This document shows positions 18,811 to 28,465 of a DNA stretch of 64,000 nt, piece after piece. Position 1 is the first letter of the stretch. Every line of letters begins with the position of its first letter. The stretch comes from Microcoleus sp. (lineage in GTDB: Bacteria > Cyanobacteriota > Cyanobacteriia > Cyanobacteriales > Microcoleaceae): contig JAYFMW010000022.1 of the NCBI GenBank assembly GCA_042408215.1, positions 35,974-99,973 on the forward strand, given 5' to 3'. The notes below the pieces were generated by a model, which made no database searches, was not told the DNA's origin, and was given only the letters and a program-made list of their open reading frames with translations. The translations under genes and the position numbers were made by a program.

Positions 18811-19530
18811 ATGTTAAAGTACAACTTGCCGAGGAACTTGCCCTCAGCCGACGAACTACCAGACTCGGACGAAACGCCTGTGGATAACGAACTGCAAGAA
18901 CTAATACCAGGGTTACTAAAAGCAATCTTGCTGATACTTTGGTCAGAACGGATGGACTGGTTATTTGGCATAGATATGGGTATTTATCATCACCCAGACG
19001 AACCAGCCATTGTCCCAGATGCTTTCTTAAGTTTAGGAGTAGAACGGTTTTACGACGAAGAATTGCGTCCCAGTTACGTGCTGTGGGATGAAAATGTCAT
19101 GCCACTTTTCGTCCTAGAAGTTGTTTCCCCAACTTATCGCAAGGAATACAGCACAAAATTAGAAACTTATCAAGATTTAGGCGTACTTTATTACGTCATT
19201 TATTCTTCCCGTCGCCGTCGTAAACCTCATTTGGAAGTACACAAGTTAGTCAATGGGAAGTACGAGTTACAGTCAGGAAATCCTGTTTGGATGCCAGAAA
19301 TAGGTTTGGGAATTGGTTGTGAAAGGGGAAACTATTCTGGGGTGACAAGAGAGTGGTTGTATTGGTATGATGCCGATGGCAAACGCTATCTGACACCTGA
19401 AGAACAGGTGAAACAATCAGCGCAACTTGTCCAACAGGAATTACAACGTGCCGAACAATTAAGTCGGCGCGCCGAACAATTAGCTCAACGATTGCGAGAG
19501 TTGGGAGTAGATCCTGATAATCTCAACTAA
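18811..19530 (+). CDS. Uma2 family endonuclease with a C-terminal coiled coil
   Basis: LPDSDETPVDNELQ, VPDAF, LEVVS, K---Y--LGV; RAEQL tail. Confidence 0.9.
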   Translation: MLKYNLPRNLPSADELPDSDETPVDNELQELIPGLLKAILLILWSERMDWLFGIDMGIYHHPDEPAIVPDAFLSLGVERFYDEELRPSYVLWDENVMPLFVLEVVSPTYRKEYSTKLETYQDLGVLYYVIYSSRRRRKPHLEVHKLVNGKYELQSGNPVWMPEIGLGIGCERGNYSGVTREWLYWYDADGKRYLTPEEQVKQSAQLVQQELQRAEQLSRRAEQLAQRLRELGVDPDNLN

Positions 19531-19541
19531 TTGCTTTAGTA

Positions 19542-20020
19542 GTAGGGTGCGTCAGTCGAGTTATTTGTACTCTTACAGCGGAAACCGCTGTTATGAGGTA
19601 CACCCACTTATCGTTCAATCCTCGTAGGGACACTCAAGCGTGCCCATTGGTGTCAACTTAAGCCTGAAACCCTTGGTATCTCTCGCTTTTACCTAAGTCT
19701 AGATCCCCCTAAATCCCCCTTAAGAAGGGGAGTAGGGGTTGACTTTGATCGAACTCTTATCCCCCCCTTCTTAAGGGGGAGTAGGGGGCAAGAATGCGGG
19801 GGGATCTAGGCTTAATGGTCAAACAGCAATCTGTGACTGGGTTTAACGTTAAGTTGACACCTATGGGCTCCTGGAGTGTCCCTACCGTGTTTCATAACAG
19901 CGGGAACTGCTGTATAAATAATCAGAAAACTGACGCACCTTACTTTCAATGGTAGGGTGCGTCAGTTCGCGTTATTTGCACTCTCCGATAGAGAATCTAC
20001 TCTCCTGACGCACCTTACAA
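19542..20020. repeat. Four-level nested REP/MITE stack plus an adjacent empty outer element
   Basis: GTAGGGTGCGTCAG...CTGACGCACCTTAC (19542-19943) encloses family B (19575-19913), family C (about 19642-19868) and family D (19702-19806); an empty outer copy lies at 19952-20018. Confidence 0.85.
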
Positions 20021-20043
20021 TTTTCAATGTGCGTCAGTCATAT

Positions 20044-22173
20044 TTATTTCTGCGGGCACTTTGGATGAAAGCCACCCTGCAAACAAATATAAGCAATTTG
20101 ACTTTTATCTAAATTCTTAGCCTCGGCAAAATTAACTCCTTGCAATCTACCAGACTTAGCACTGGGGGGACTTTGAATAAACTGATCCGAAGTCTCCTTC
20201 CCCACAAACACTGCGCCTTTAAAATTTGCTCCCGCTACATTCGCGCCCCTAAAATCAGCGGAACTCACGTCAGCATTCCGCAAGTTAGCATCTTGCAATT
20301 TCGTATCTCTGAAATTTGCGTTTGCGAGTTTAGTTGAACTCAAATCAGCTTTTTGCAAGTTCGCGCCGTTCAAATCCGCACCGGATAAATCCGCACCTTG
20401 CCATTCCGATTTCTCCAAATTTGTCAAGGGCAATTGAGCGCCTTGAGCCTTGACTTTTCGCAAACGCGCACCTGACAAATTCGCTCCCGAAAAATTTGCG
20501 CTCCCTATATCTGCACCGGTAAAACTTGCATCTTTTAACATTGCTTGCTGCAAATTTGCCCCAATTAAAATAGCACTGCTAAAATTAGCTGAGTTCAAAT
20601 TTCCGTTGGAAAAATTAGCTTTGTTCAAGACAGCGCGCACAAAAGTAGTGCGATTCATTACAGCACTATTCAAAAATGCTCCTGTCAAATTTGCCCCTTC
20701 AAAATTAGCTCCGCTCAAGTCAGAAATCCAATCGTCAAATGTACCAGGTCGCCTGTCTTCCCCGGTTCCGTAAAAGCGAGTTCCCGGCAAGTTGGCATTA
20801 GTTAAATTGGTGTTTTTTAGCTTAATTCCTGACAAGTCAACTTTGTCTAATACTAATGTAAACTGAGCTGGGCCGGAAGCGTTTTGAGCTAAATCCGTGC
20901 GACTTAAATCGACGCCGTTTAATTGGCTGCTATACACTGTGAGAATTTTGCCGATCGCCCTTTGTACTGTTCGCTGGCGCACCGCCGCTAAGTCACGTTC
21001 CGGGGCCTTACCCCCGTAGCGCAGGGAATCGAGGTCATTGCGAAGAGCTTGGTTCAATCGCTGCAAATAAGGCAAAGATGAAGGCCCGGTACTGACTAAA
21101 GCTTGCTGGATCGCATCGAGCATCGTGCGGCTTTCTTCTTGGGCGAGCAAATCGGCTAGCAGCGGTACGGCGCGGGAGTCTTCCACCGTTCCCAAGGCCA
21201 AAATTGCCGATCGCCGCCCCGCTGTCCCGTTAGCTGAATTGGGAGACAATTTGTTGACTAAAGCTAAAAATACTTCGTCGTTGCGCTGCCGGGAATCCCG
21301 CAAATTTGCTTGACTTTGAATGTAGATTTGAGTGCCGACAAACAGAGTGAAAATCAATCCCGCACTGCCGATTGTCCCGATCGCTAAAGTCGCCCCCGGA
21401 TGTTGGCGAATCCAATTCCACAAACTGTGATTTTCTGTGGTGTGTGTTTCGGTAGTCAAAACCAAAGCAGCAATCTGCGCGTCTTCCTCAGTCCAATCTT
21501 GACTCTTCACCGGATTGGTAGATAATTCCTGCGATCGAGCATTGACGACCAAAGTATTCGCGAGGCGATCGTGTCCAGTTTGCCCCTTGTAGCGCAAAGC
21601 AAAAGCCCCGTCTGCGAGCATTGCCAAGCCGCTCAACCCCCCTAAAATGATCAAATCAGGAAATGCACCCGATAAGCGCCAAACGCCGTAAGCGAGGCCC
21701 AGAGGCACTCCCCAGCGCCCGAAACTTTCCCGAATTAGCACTCGCCCAAAACCCGGAGGAGTACCCGACGCTTTGACAACTTTGATGCCAAACCAGCGTT
21801 TAGGCAGAGTTTGACCGGTTCGGGCGAGCAAATATAGTTGCCACCCCGCTAAAACTGCCGGTGCGATTATACCGGCTGACCAGAATAGATTAGTTAGGGG
21901 TGCGACTCTGGGGTTGCGATCGCGCACAGGTATGCCTAAAGTACGCGAAACGGTTTCAGATGCTGCTGCTACTGAGGAGTTGAGTGGCACGGTTTGAGCT
22001 TCCTTGTTGACCAATGCCCCGATACTAAAGGGAACGAGGGCACTAGCCGCCACTAATGAAATTTCAACTACCCAAGCGCCACACCTGCGAACCAGCAGTG
22101 GCATTTGCTTGGATTGTACCAGCCAAGAGGGATCGGGTTGATTAATGCCACTAGGCGCGGTTGGGCTAGTCAT
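20044..22173 (-). CDS. hglK: RDD domain + HEAT-like + pentapeptide-repeat membrane protein (HglK-like)
   Basis: RR--AW-VE, GQT--KR-FG, HDRLA (RDD); long A(D/N)LxG C-terminal repeats; about 710 aa architecture matches HglK. Confidence 0.65.
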   Translation of the reverse strand: MTSPTAPSGINQPDPSWLVQSKQMPLLVRRCGAWVVEISLVAASALVPFSIGALVNKEAQTVPLNSSVAAASETVSRTLGIPVRDRNPRVAPLTNLFWSAGIIAPAVLAGWQLYLLARTGQTLPKRWFGIKVVKASGTPPGFGRVLIRESFGRWGVPLGLAYGVWRLSGAFPDLIILGGLSGLAMLADGAFALRYKGQTGHDRLANTLVVNARSQELSTNPVKSQDWTEEDAQIAALVLTTETHTTENHSLWNWIRQHPGATLAIGTIGSAGLIFTLFVGTQIYIQSQANLRDSRQRNDEVFLALVNKLSPNSANGTAGRRSAILALGTVEDSRAVPLLADLLAQEESRTMLDAIQQALVSTGPSSLPYLQRLNQALRNDLDSLRYGGKAPERDLAAVRQRTVQRAIGKILTVYSSQLNGVDLSRTDLAQNASGPAQFTLVLDKVDLSGIKLKNTNLTNANLPGTRFYGTGEDRRPGTFDDWISDLSGANFEGANLTGAFLNSAVMNRTTFVRAVLNKANFSNGNLNSANFSSAILIGANLQQAMLKDASFTGADIGSANFSGANLSGARLRKVKAQGAQLPLTNLEKSEWQGADLSGADLNGANLQKADLSSTKLANANFRDTKLQDANLRNADVSSADFRGANVAGANFKGAVFVGKETSDQFIQSPPSAKSGRLQGVNFAEAKNLDKSQIAYICLQGGFHPKCPQK

Positions 22174-22188
22174 ATTTAGAATTTCCTA

Positions 22189-22515
22189 TTACTTATCGTT
22201 ATTATTGGAGGACTGGGGAGAAATTGCCAACTTATACGCTATGTAGATTAGCACTCCGAGAACGGCAAGAGTAATCAGGGCAGAAATTAGCTGTACAACG
22301 GTATTGAAGACTGTCAGGACAATTATCGCCCCGATGGCAAAGACTGCAACTTGACCCGGTTTGGGGAGGCTTTGAAATTTGTTCAGAAATTGATTGTAGA
22401 AGGTTTGGGCGGCTGGGTAGTTGTCTAAATTCATTTTCATTAGTGGCGATCGCTCTAGTTTAGCTTTTAGTTCTCCGAATGCTTCCTGCCAATTGAAATT
22501 ATTTTGATAATTCAT
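22189..22515 (-). CDS. Hypothetical membrane protein
   Basis: Two C-terminal hydrophobic helices; 15 bp upstream of the hglK-like gene. Confidence 0.75.
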   Translation of the reverse strand: MNYQNNFNWQEAFGELKAKLERSPLMKMNLDNYPAAQTFYNQFLNKFQSLPKPGQVAVFAIGAIIVLTVFNTVVQLISALITLAVLGVLIYIAYKLAISPQSSNNNDK

Positions 22516-22678
22516 AAAAAAATTTGCGAGTTACTGGAGCTGTAAGTTGGTCTTTCTAGGACGGTCACATTTATAACAGTCACATTACCCTGTTCGCAAC
22601 CGCCGATTATCTTCTACTGTCAAAGAAGTGGAACTTTCCGCCATTGTGTTCGGAAACATCAGCTTAATCAGGATAAAT

Positions 22679-23128
22679 ATGAAGATACACTACCCGTGCG
22701 ATCGCGTCAGACTGCGGTTAAGTTCGATCGTAACCTTAGCCTTGGCAATGATTTTAGCTCCTGTGGGCGCTGTTCGGAGCCAACCGCTACAAATTGCTCC
22801 GGGATTTCCCGAACCGCTGAATATTTCTGGGGTTTCCGGCGGCCCGAACAATAGCGGCGACTGCGGTTTTATTTCCCAAGCACCAAACCACGTCATCAAT
22901 GTTACCCAAGATTTACCTTATTGGCGGATTGCAGTACAAACCGCTGGGGCTCCGAGTTTGATGATTCAAGGGCCGAGGGGGCGTTTCTGCGTGCTACCCG
23001 CGAATGCTGCTGCGGGGAATGTCGAATTTTCCGGTTACGGGGACAAGGGAACTTATACTATCTTTGTGGGCGATCGATCTCAAGGTCAACACCCTTATTC
23101 TCTCTCTATTTCTCAGAAACGAAACTAA
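22679..23128 (+). CDS. Hypothetical secreted protein
   Basis: Signal peptide; CGF----PNH motif; G-Y-IFVGD. Confidence 0.75.
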   Translation: MKIHYPCDRVRLRLSSIVTLALAMILAPVGAVRSQPLQIAPGFPEPLNISGVSGGPNNSGDCGFISQAPNHVINVTQDLPYWRIAVQTAGAPSLMIQGPRGRFCVLPANAAAGNVEFSGYGDKGTYTIFVGDRSQGQHPYSLSISQKRN

Positions 23129-23313
23129 AAAAACAACTGGATTTTAGATCGATATTGGTAATTGGGCATAGCGCAGAGGGCATCGGGCATTGGGAAACAG
23201 TCAAGTTTGTAGTCATGGCTAAAGTCCTCAATTTGGGATTTGAGATTTATTATCGCGTTTAAATTTGGGATGCGTGAATCTTCAATCCAAAATCCAAAAT
23301 TTAAAATCTAAAA

Positions 23314-23958
23314 TTAGGCGATTTGCTCTCTCACCCACTTACGAAACAATCTGAGAGTTTGACTTGTGCCCGCCGTTTGACTTTGTTCGCAATATAGAGA
23401 AACAGCCTCAATAATTGGCAAATTGGGAAATGTTGGACTAATTTCAGATGCAACATATTTCCCATCTTCAAGCACATTAATTTCAAGCTTGTTATTTTCG
23501 TACCGCCAAATTTCCGGTACTCCCAGCGCCTCGTAAGCATCTAGTTGAGTCTTGGAAGTTAGATCGACTTCAATTGCTAAGTCAGGCGGCGGATCGACTG
23601 TCAAGTCTATGCGCTTTTTGCCAATCATTAAAGCGTAATTCTGAATGTAAAAACATTCATCAGGTTCAATTCCTTGCAACATACTTTTTCGTTTGAAAGT
23701 CGTAGAACCAAATGGTTCAAAGTCGATTTCTAATTCCTCAAACAAAATTTTCACTAAATAGCCAATAATGATTTTAGCTTTCTCGTGTTCTGGTAGTGGC
23801 ATCCTAATCTCCAAAGTTCCTTGACTGTAAGCTATTCTAGAGGCCCGGTGTTCTCCCAACTCTTCTAAAATTGCTTCAAATTCCTGCCAGTTGACATCAT
23901 GGAACAGCACTCTATGTCCAGGCGGTACAGTGATTTGTCTTAATTGCAGCGTTACCAT
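23314..23958 (-). CDS. Uma2 family endonuclease
   Basis: VNWQEFE, EPDECFY, PPDLAIEVD, Y-ALGVPE-W. Confidence 0.92.
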   Translation of the reverse strand: MVTLQLRQITVPPGHRVLFHDVNWQEFEAILEELGEHRASRIAYSQGTLEIRMPLPEHEKAKIIIGYLVKILFEELEIDFEPFGSTTFKRKSMLQGIEPDECFYIQNYALMIGKKRIDLTVDPPPDLAIEVDLTSKTQLDAYEALGVPEIWRYENNKLEINVLEDGKYVASEISPTFPNLPIIEAVSLYCEQSQTAGTSQTLRLFRKWVREQIA

Positions 23959-23975
23959 TTCAACCTCCGATTGAT

Positions 23976-24587
23976 TTAAGTTATAGAGCTAAAAACCTGC
24001 TCAACAGTCAGATCAAGTTCCGGGAAAGCAGACGAAATAATGCGATCGCCCTTTCGGAATTGGCTAACCTGGTATTCCCCATCAACCAACTGGTAAATCG
24101 AGACAGTAGGTTGCTTCGGATTACCGATGAATCGTCGGCCACCCAAAGCAGCATAGTCAACAACCCAGTATTCCGGGATACCCAACCTTTCATACTCAGC
24201 CACTTTGACAAGGTAATCATCTTGCCAGTTAATGCTAACTACTTCGACAACAACTTTAACAGAACTACCTTGAGAAATAACTGATGATTTTTTCCAGAGT
24301 GGCTCTGAAATTAAGGCTGGTTTGTCTAGAACTATGAGATCGGGCTGGTAGCCCGTGGTCGTTTCTGGAGGTCTGACAAAATAAGTTGATGGTGTTACAT
24401 AAGGAAGATTTAAACGGTCAATTTCTACGTTAATTTTACGAATCAAAAAACCAGTAACTTCCTCATGGTCGCCGTTTGGATTCATCTCAACTATTACTCC
24501 ATTGCGTAACTCGAAACGTCCTTTTCCATCTGGATACCATTCTAAAAAATCTTCAAATGCGATCGCTTTGACTATGGCTTGAATCAT
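23976..24587 (-). CDS. Uma2 family endonuclease
   Basis: FELRNG, QPDL, VEVVS-NW-DDY--K--EYE-LGIPEYW. Confidence 0.92.
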   Translation of the reverse strand: MIQAIVKAIAFEDFLEWYPDGKGRFELRNGVIVEMNPNGDHEEVTGFLIRKINVEIDRLNLPYVTPSTYFVRPPETTTGYQPDLIVLDKPALISEPLWKKSSVISQGSSVKVVVEVVSINWQDDYLVKVAEYERLGIPEYWVVDYAALGGRRFIGNPKQPTVSIYQLVDGEYQVSQFRKGDRIISSAFPELDLTVEQVFSSIT

Positions 24588-24646
24588 TAAACATTCTCCT
24601 TTCATATAACCCTATGATATCACAGATTAATTAGGTGGTGTGATGT

Positions 24647-26092
24647 TTAATTTTTTTGCTGTTTATAAAGTTCCTTAAACTTGCGCTGCTGCTCGTTATG
24701 ATCTACGATCGGATCTGGATAAGGAAGAGTTCTTCGCACTAAAGGCAAAATATTTCCTGTGAGCAAAAGCTTCGTATCTACTCGGCGCAATTCAGGCACC
24801 CAGTGCCGAATATATTCCCCTTCCGGGTCAAATTTTTGAGCTTGACTCGCGGGATTAAATATGCGTAAAGGTTTCGGGTCCATGCCACTCGATGCACTCC
24901 ACTGCCAGCCGCCATTATTAGCAGAAAGGTCGCCGTCTATCAATTTTTGCATAAAGTATTTTTCCCCCCACTGCCAGTTAATAATTAAATCTTTGGTGAG
25001 GAAACTAGCCACTATCATCCGGCACCGATTGTGCATCCAACCTGTCTGATTTAATTGCCGCATTGCCGCATCTATAATTGGATAGCCAGTTTGGCCTCTA
25101 CACCAGGCTTGAAATAGTTTTTCATCATTCTCCCAAGGAAAGTCTTTGAATGCTTGACGGTGGGGCCCATCTGCTAATTCCGGGAAGTTATACATGGCGT
25201 GTTGATAAAATTCTCGCCACGCTAATTCCTGTTGCCAAGTACGGATATTTGTGCGCGCTTCTTCGTTGCGGCAATTGTCCATTACTCTCTGGGTAGCTTG
25301 CCAAACCGTGCGAATACCTATGGCACCAAATTTGAGGGCGGGGCTGAGTTGGGATGTGCCATTAATTATTGGGAAATTGCGTTTTTCTTGATATTCGTAA
25401 ATTGCCCGATCGCAAAATTCTTCCAACTTTTCTCGCGCTGCATCTGATCCGGGTTCTATTAACAATGGACTTTCCCAAATAAATCCCAAATCCTTCGCAC
25501 TTGGCAACAATTGAATTGCACCGGCTTGGCGTGCAATTTCTTGTTCTTCTGGGGTTAATCCTGTCATTTGTTCGAGAGACGTTATCGGCAGTGTCTCTAC
25601 TGGTTCGGCTTTAGGTTTGCTATTCCAATTTTTCCAAAAAGGGGTATAAACTGTGTAAGGATGTCCGGCACCGGTGCGAATTTCGTCCGGGGCGTGTAGC
25701 AGTTGATCCCAGAAGTTTTGGAGAGTAATTCCTGCTTGCTGAAGGGCGTTTGATACTGCCAAATCGCGCTCTTTTGCATAGGGTTCTACATCCCAATTCC
25801 AAAATACTGCTTTGGCATTTATAGCTGTGGCTAATTTCGGTATTCCTTGACTAGGCTCATCTTGAATTATCAGTAATTGGCTGCCAGATTCAGCGTAACT
25901 GTGCTGAAGTTTTTGCAAGCAGCCGATCATATATGTGACTCTGGCGGGCGCTACGTCGTCAAGATTTAAGATATTGCGATCGAGACAGAAGATCCCGACT
26001 ACTTTAGGACTTTGCTGGTGTGCCGCTGCTAGTCCGATGTTATCACAAATACGCAAGTCGCGGCGGTGCCAAAATAGAATTAGATCAGACAT
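24647..26092 (-). CDS. phrA: Deoxyribodipyrimidine (CPD) photolyase
   Basis: Start [53 protein letters not shown]. Confidence 0.92.
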   Translation of the reverse strand: MSDLILFWHRRDLRICDNIGLAAAHQQSPKVVGIFCLDRNILNLDDVAPARVTYMIGCLQKLQHSYAESGSQLLIIQDEPSQGIPKLATAINAKAVFWNWDVEPYAKERDLAVSNALQQAGITLQNFWDQLLHAPDEIRTGAGHPYTVYTPFWKNWNSKPKAEPVETLPITSLEQMTGLTPEEQEIARQAGAIQLLPSAKDLGFIWESPLLIEPGSDAAREKLEEFCDRAIYEYQEKRNFPIINGTSQLSPALKFGAIGIRTVWQATQRVMDNCRNEEARTNIRTWQQELAWREFYQHAMYNFPELADGPHRQAFKDFPWENDEKLFQAWCRGQTGYPIIDAAMRQLNQTGWMHNRCRMIVASFLTKDLIINWQWGEKYFMQKLIDGDLSANNGGWQWSASSGMDPKPLRIFNPASQAQKFDPEGEYIRHWVPELRRVDTKLLLTGNILPLVRRTLPYPDPIVDHNEQQRKFKELYKQQKN

Positions 26093-26287
26093 TTGATTTG
26101 AGATTTGAGATTTTACAGTCCTGGATGCACTCCGACCAAAGAAACCGGGTTTTTTACCGAATCTGCGGGTCACAACGAAGTATTTTTGTAAAAAAACCCG
26201 GTTTCTGGACCCCCCCATGCGTAAGTCATCTTTTAGATTTTAGAACTACCTCCACGGATCGATCCGGGAGGTTGTGACCAAATCGTT

Positions 26288-26842
26288 TTAAGTTAAAAAA
26301 GGACGGGCTAAGAAAAAGCTAGAAATAGATTTTGCATCTATTGGTTCCCCAGCTAAAATAGCTTTTTCTAATTCTTCAGGAGTGAATAAAACTGTTTCCA
26401 TGTCTTCATCATCGTCTTGTGCTGGCGGCTTTTCCAGTTTTTCCAAATCTTGGGCTAAAAAAGCATAAATGATTTCGTCGGAATAACCGGGGGCGAGCAA
26501 AAATTCCCCTAATTTTTGCCATTTTCCAGCGCGATATCCGGTTTCTTCTTCGATTTCGCGTTTAATAGTTTCGGCGGGGTTTTCATTAGCTTCTATCGTA
26601 CCGGCCGGAAATTCTAAAATTCGCCCTTTAGCAGCAAAACGATATTGTCGCACCAAGACGAGTTTACCTTCGGGTGTGACGGGAACTGCAAGTGCTCCGC
26701 CCGGGTGGCGAATACATTCCCACTCGCCTTCGGAACCGTTGGGAAGACGGAGGGTGTTTACGTCAAAATTAAATTTGCGCCCTTGGTAAAATAGGCGTTG
26801 TTTGAGGAGTTGGGGTAGTTCTTCACCGATCGACATAAGCAA
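26288..26842 (-). CDS. NUDIX hydrolase (ADP-ribose pyrophosphatase-like)
   Basis: RQYR, EFPAG, REIEEETGY Nudix box. Confidence 0.9.
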   Translation of the reverse strand: MLMSIGEELPQLLKQRLFYQGRKFNFDVNTLRLPNGSEGEWECIRHPGGALAVPVTPEGKLVLVRQYRFAAKGRILEFPAGTIEANENPAETIKREIEEETGYRAGKWQKLGEFLLAPGYSDEIIYAFLAQDLEKLEKPPAQDDDEDMETVLFTPEELEKAILAGEPIDAKSISSFFLARPFLT

Positions 26843-26917
26843 GAAGTGAATAATGTTTGAGTGTACCGATTTAAGACATCATATCAAATCCGGTTGCATC
26901 GGAATGATTCTATTTTT

Positions 26918-26982
26918 TGGGAATTGGTCATTGGGAATTGGTCATTGGGAATTGGGAATTGGGAATTGGGAATTGGTCATTG
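26918..26982. repeat. Heptamer STRR tract (GGGAATT/GGTCATT)
   Basis: Tandem 7-mers. Confidence 0.9.
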
Positions 26983-27003
26983 ATGATTAGTTTTGTGCCT
27001 TTT

Positions 27004-27492
27004 CTACAGTATCATTTTTTGGACTCCCGAACAGTCTGCGGTTTGCAGGAGTTGTGCGATCGCACTTCCCGTCACTGGATGCACCCAATCCGGGGCAATT
27101 TCCGCTAAAGGTACTAATACAAAAGCTCTTTCCGTCATCCGGGGGTGAGGTAGAGTCAGTGTCGGAGTTTCTAGGATTAAATTATCATACAGCAGCAAAT
27201 CTAGGTCTAGGGTTCTCGGCCCCCATTTTTCTCGACGCAGGCGATTAAATTTTAGTTCAATTTTTAGTAACTTTGCTAGCAGTTGTTGTGGTTCTAGGGT
27301 AACTTCTAGGATGGCACAGGCGTTGATGTAATCGGGTTGTGGTGGCCCGACTGGAGCTGTTTGATACCAGCTTGAATGGGATTTTACTGCTATTCCTGGG
27401 GTGTTGTTGAGGGTGGCGATCGCGCTTTTGAGAATTGTGAGGGAGTCGCCTAGGTTGCTACCGAGGGCGATCGCACATTTTGTTGATTGCAT
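27004..27492 (-). CDS. folK: 2-amino-4-hydroxy-6-hydroxymethyldihydropteridine diphosphokinase
   Basis: [30 protein letters not shown]. Confidence 0.95.
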   Translation of the reverse strand: MQSTKCAIALGSNLGDSLTILKSAIATLNNTPGIAVKSHSSWYQTAPVGPPQPDYINACAILEVTLEPQQLLAKLLKIELKFNRLRREKWGPRTLDLDLLLYDNLILETPTLTLPHPRMTERAFVLVPLAEIAPDWVHPVTGSAIAQLLQTADCSGVQKMIL

Positions 27493-27692
27493 TGGAAGTT
27501 GAATTGGAATATTTTAACCGCAGAGAACGCAGAGAACACAGAGGGAGATCGGAGAGATGAATAATTCTGATGAAGAGTGGATTTGATATAAGTCTCGATG
27601 GTTCTGTAAAATATTGTTTTAATCTTAGCTTAATTTCTGCTTAATCTTTGTTGATTATCATTGATAAATATCAGTGTTTAATTGGGAAATTA

Positions 27693-28160
27693 ATGAGTTT
27701 GCACCGTCTCCTTTTGTCTGCCTTCATTCTAGTAACTATCAATTTTACAACAAGTACATCGATCGCTTTGGCTGAAACTAAGGAAACCTATTTTACAGTA
27801 AATTCCGATGATAGTCAATCTTTTGCCAGCTTAGTTCAGCAGGCGGAAGATTTAGCCGCATTGTCGATCGCCCGTGAGTTCCAAGAAAATCCCGGATTGA
27901 CAGAGGTGACGATTATAGTTACAGCGGATCGCAGCAGACGTATGGTTCCAGTTTTGCGATCGAGAGTATCTCGCAACCAGTGGCAAAAAAATTCGCGAAT
28001 CGAACAGTGGACTAGATATTTTGCTGATTCTCAATACCTGTTGGGATTCAGAGATAGCTATATTTCTTCGGCCAATTCAGGGCGATCGCCAACTATTAAC
28101 GTACCACCACCTAGTCGCCCAGCATCCAGACAAAATGACCCTGGTTTTCGAGATGACTAA
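27693..28160 (+). CDS. Hypothetical secreted cyanobacterial protein
   Basis: Signal peptide; ends DPGFRDD. Confidence 0.7.
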   Translation: MSLHRLLLSAFILVTINFTTSTSIALAETKETYFTVNSDDSQSFASLVQQAEDLAALSIAREFQENPGLTEVTIIVTADRSRRMVPVLRSRVSRNQWQKNSRIEQWTRYFADSQYLLGFRDSYISSANSGRSPTINVPPPSRPASRQNDPGFRDD

Positions 28161-28345
28161 TGGGGCATGGGGAATTGGGAATTGGGAATTGGGCATGGGG
28201 AATTGGGAATTGGGAATTGGGAATTGGGAATTGGGCATGGGGCATCGGGAATTGGGAATTGGGAATTGGGAATTGGGCATTGGGCATTGGGCATGGGGAA
28301 TTGGGAATTGGGAATTGGGAACAAATAACCAATAACTAATAACCA
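28161..28345. repeat. Heptamer STRR tract (GGGAATT/GGGCATT)
   Basis: More than 20 tandem 7-mers; source of several spurious ORFs. Confidence 0.95.
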
Positions 28346-28348
28346 ATT

Positions 28349-28401
28349 ATTAACCAAAATATAATCTTACTTTAATTAACCTTCACGTTAACTTCCCTTA
28401 A
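28349..28401 (+). promoter_or_regulatory. Candidate SphR Pho box upstream of phoX
   Basis: ATTAACCA-aaa-TATAATCT-tac-TTTAATTA: 8-bp repeats at an 11-bp period resembling CTTAACCT, with further TTAAC copies downstream. Confidence 0.5.
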
Positions 28402-28465
28402 TATAACAACGATAAAATCTCATACAGAATCATTAGATTAGGGATGTGGGGTTGAACAGGAATTT

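Noticed and set aside
26093..26218. 42-aa N-terminal extension of the photolyase
   Set aside because: Derived from a repeat element; the family-typical start is MSDLILFW at 26092
28021..28357. ORFs with WELGIGN / PIPNSQF repeats (also 26917-27108 and 61316-61579)
   Set aside because: Translations of heptamer STRR tracts
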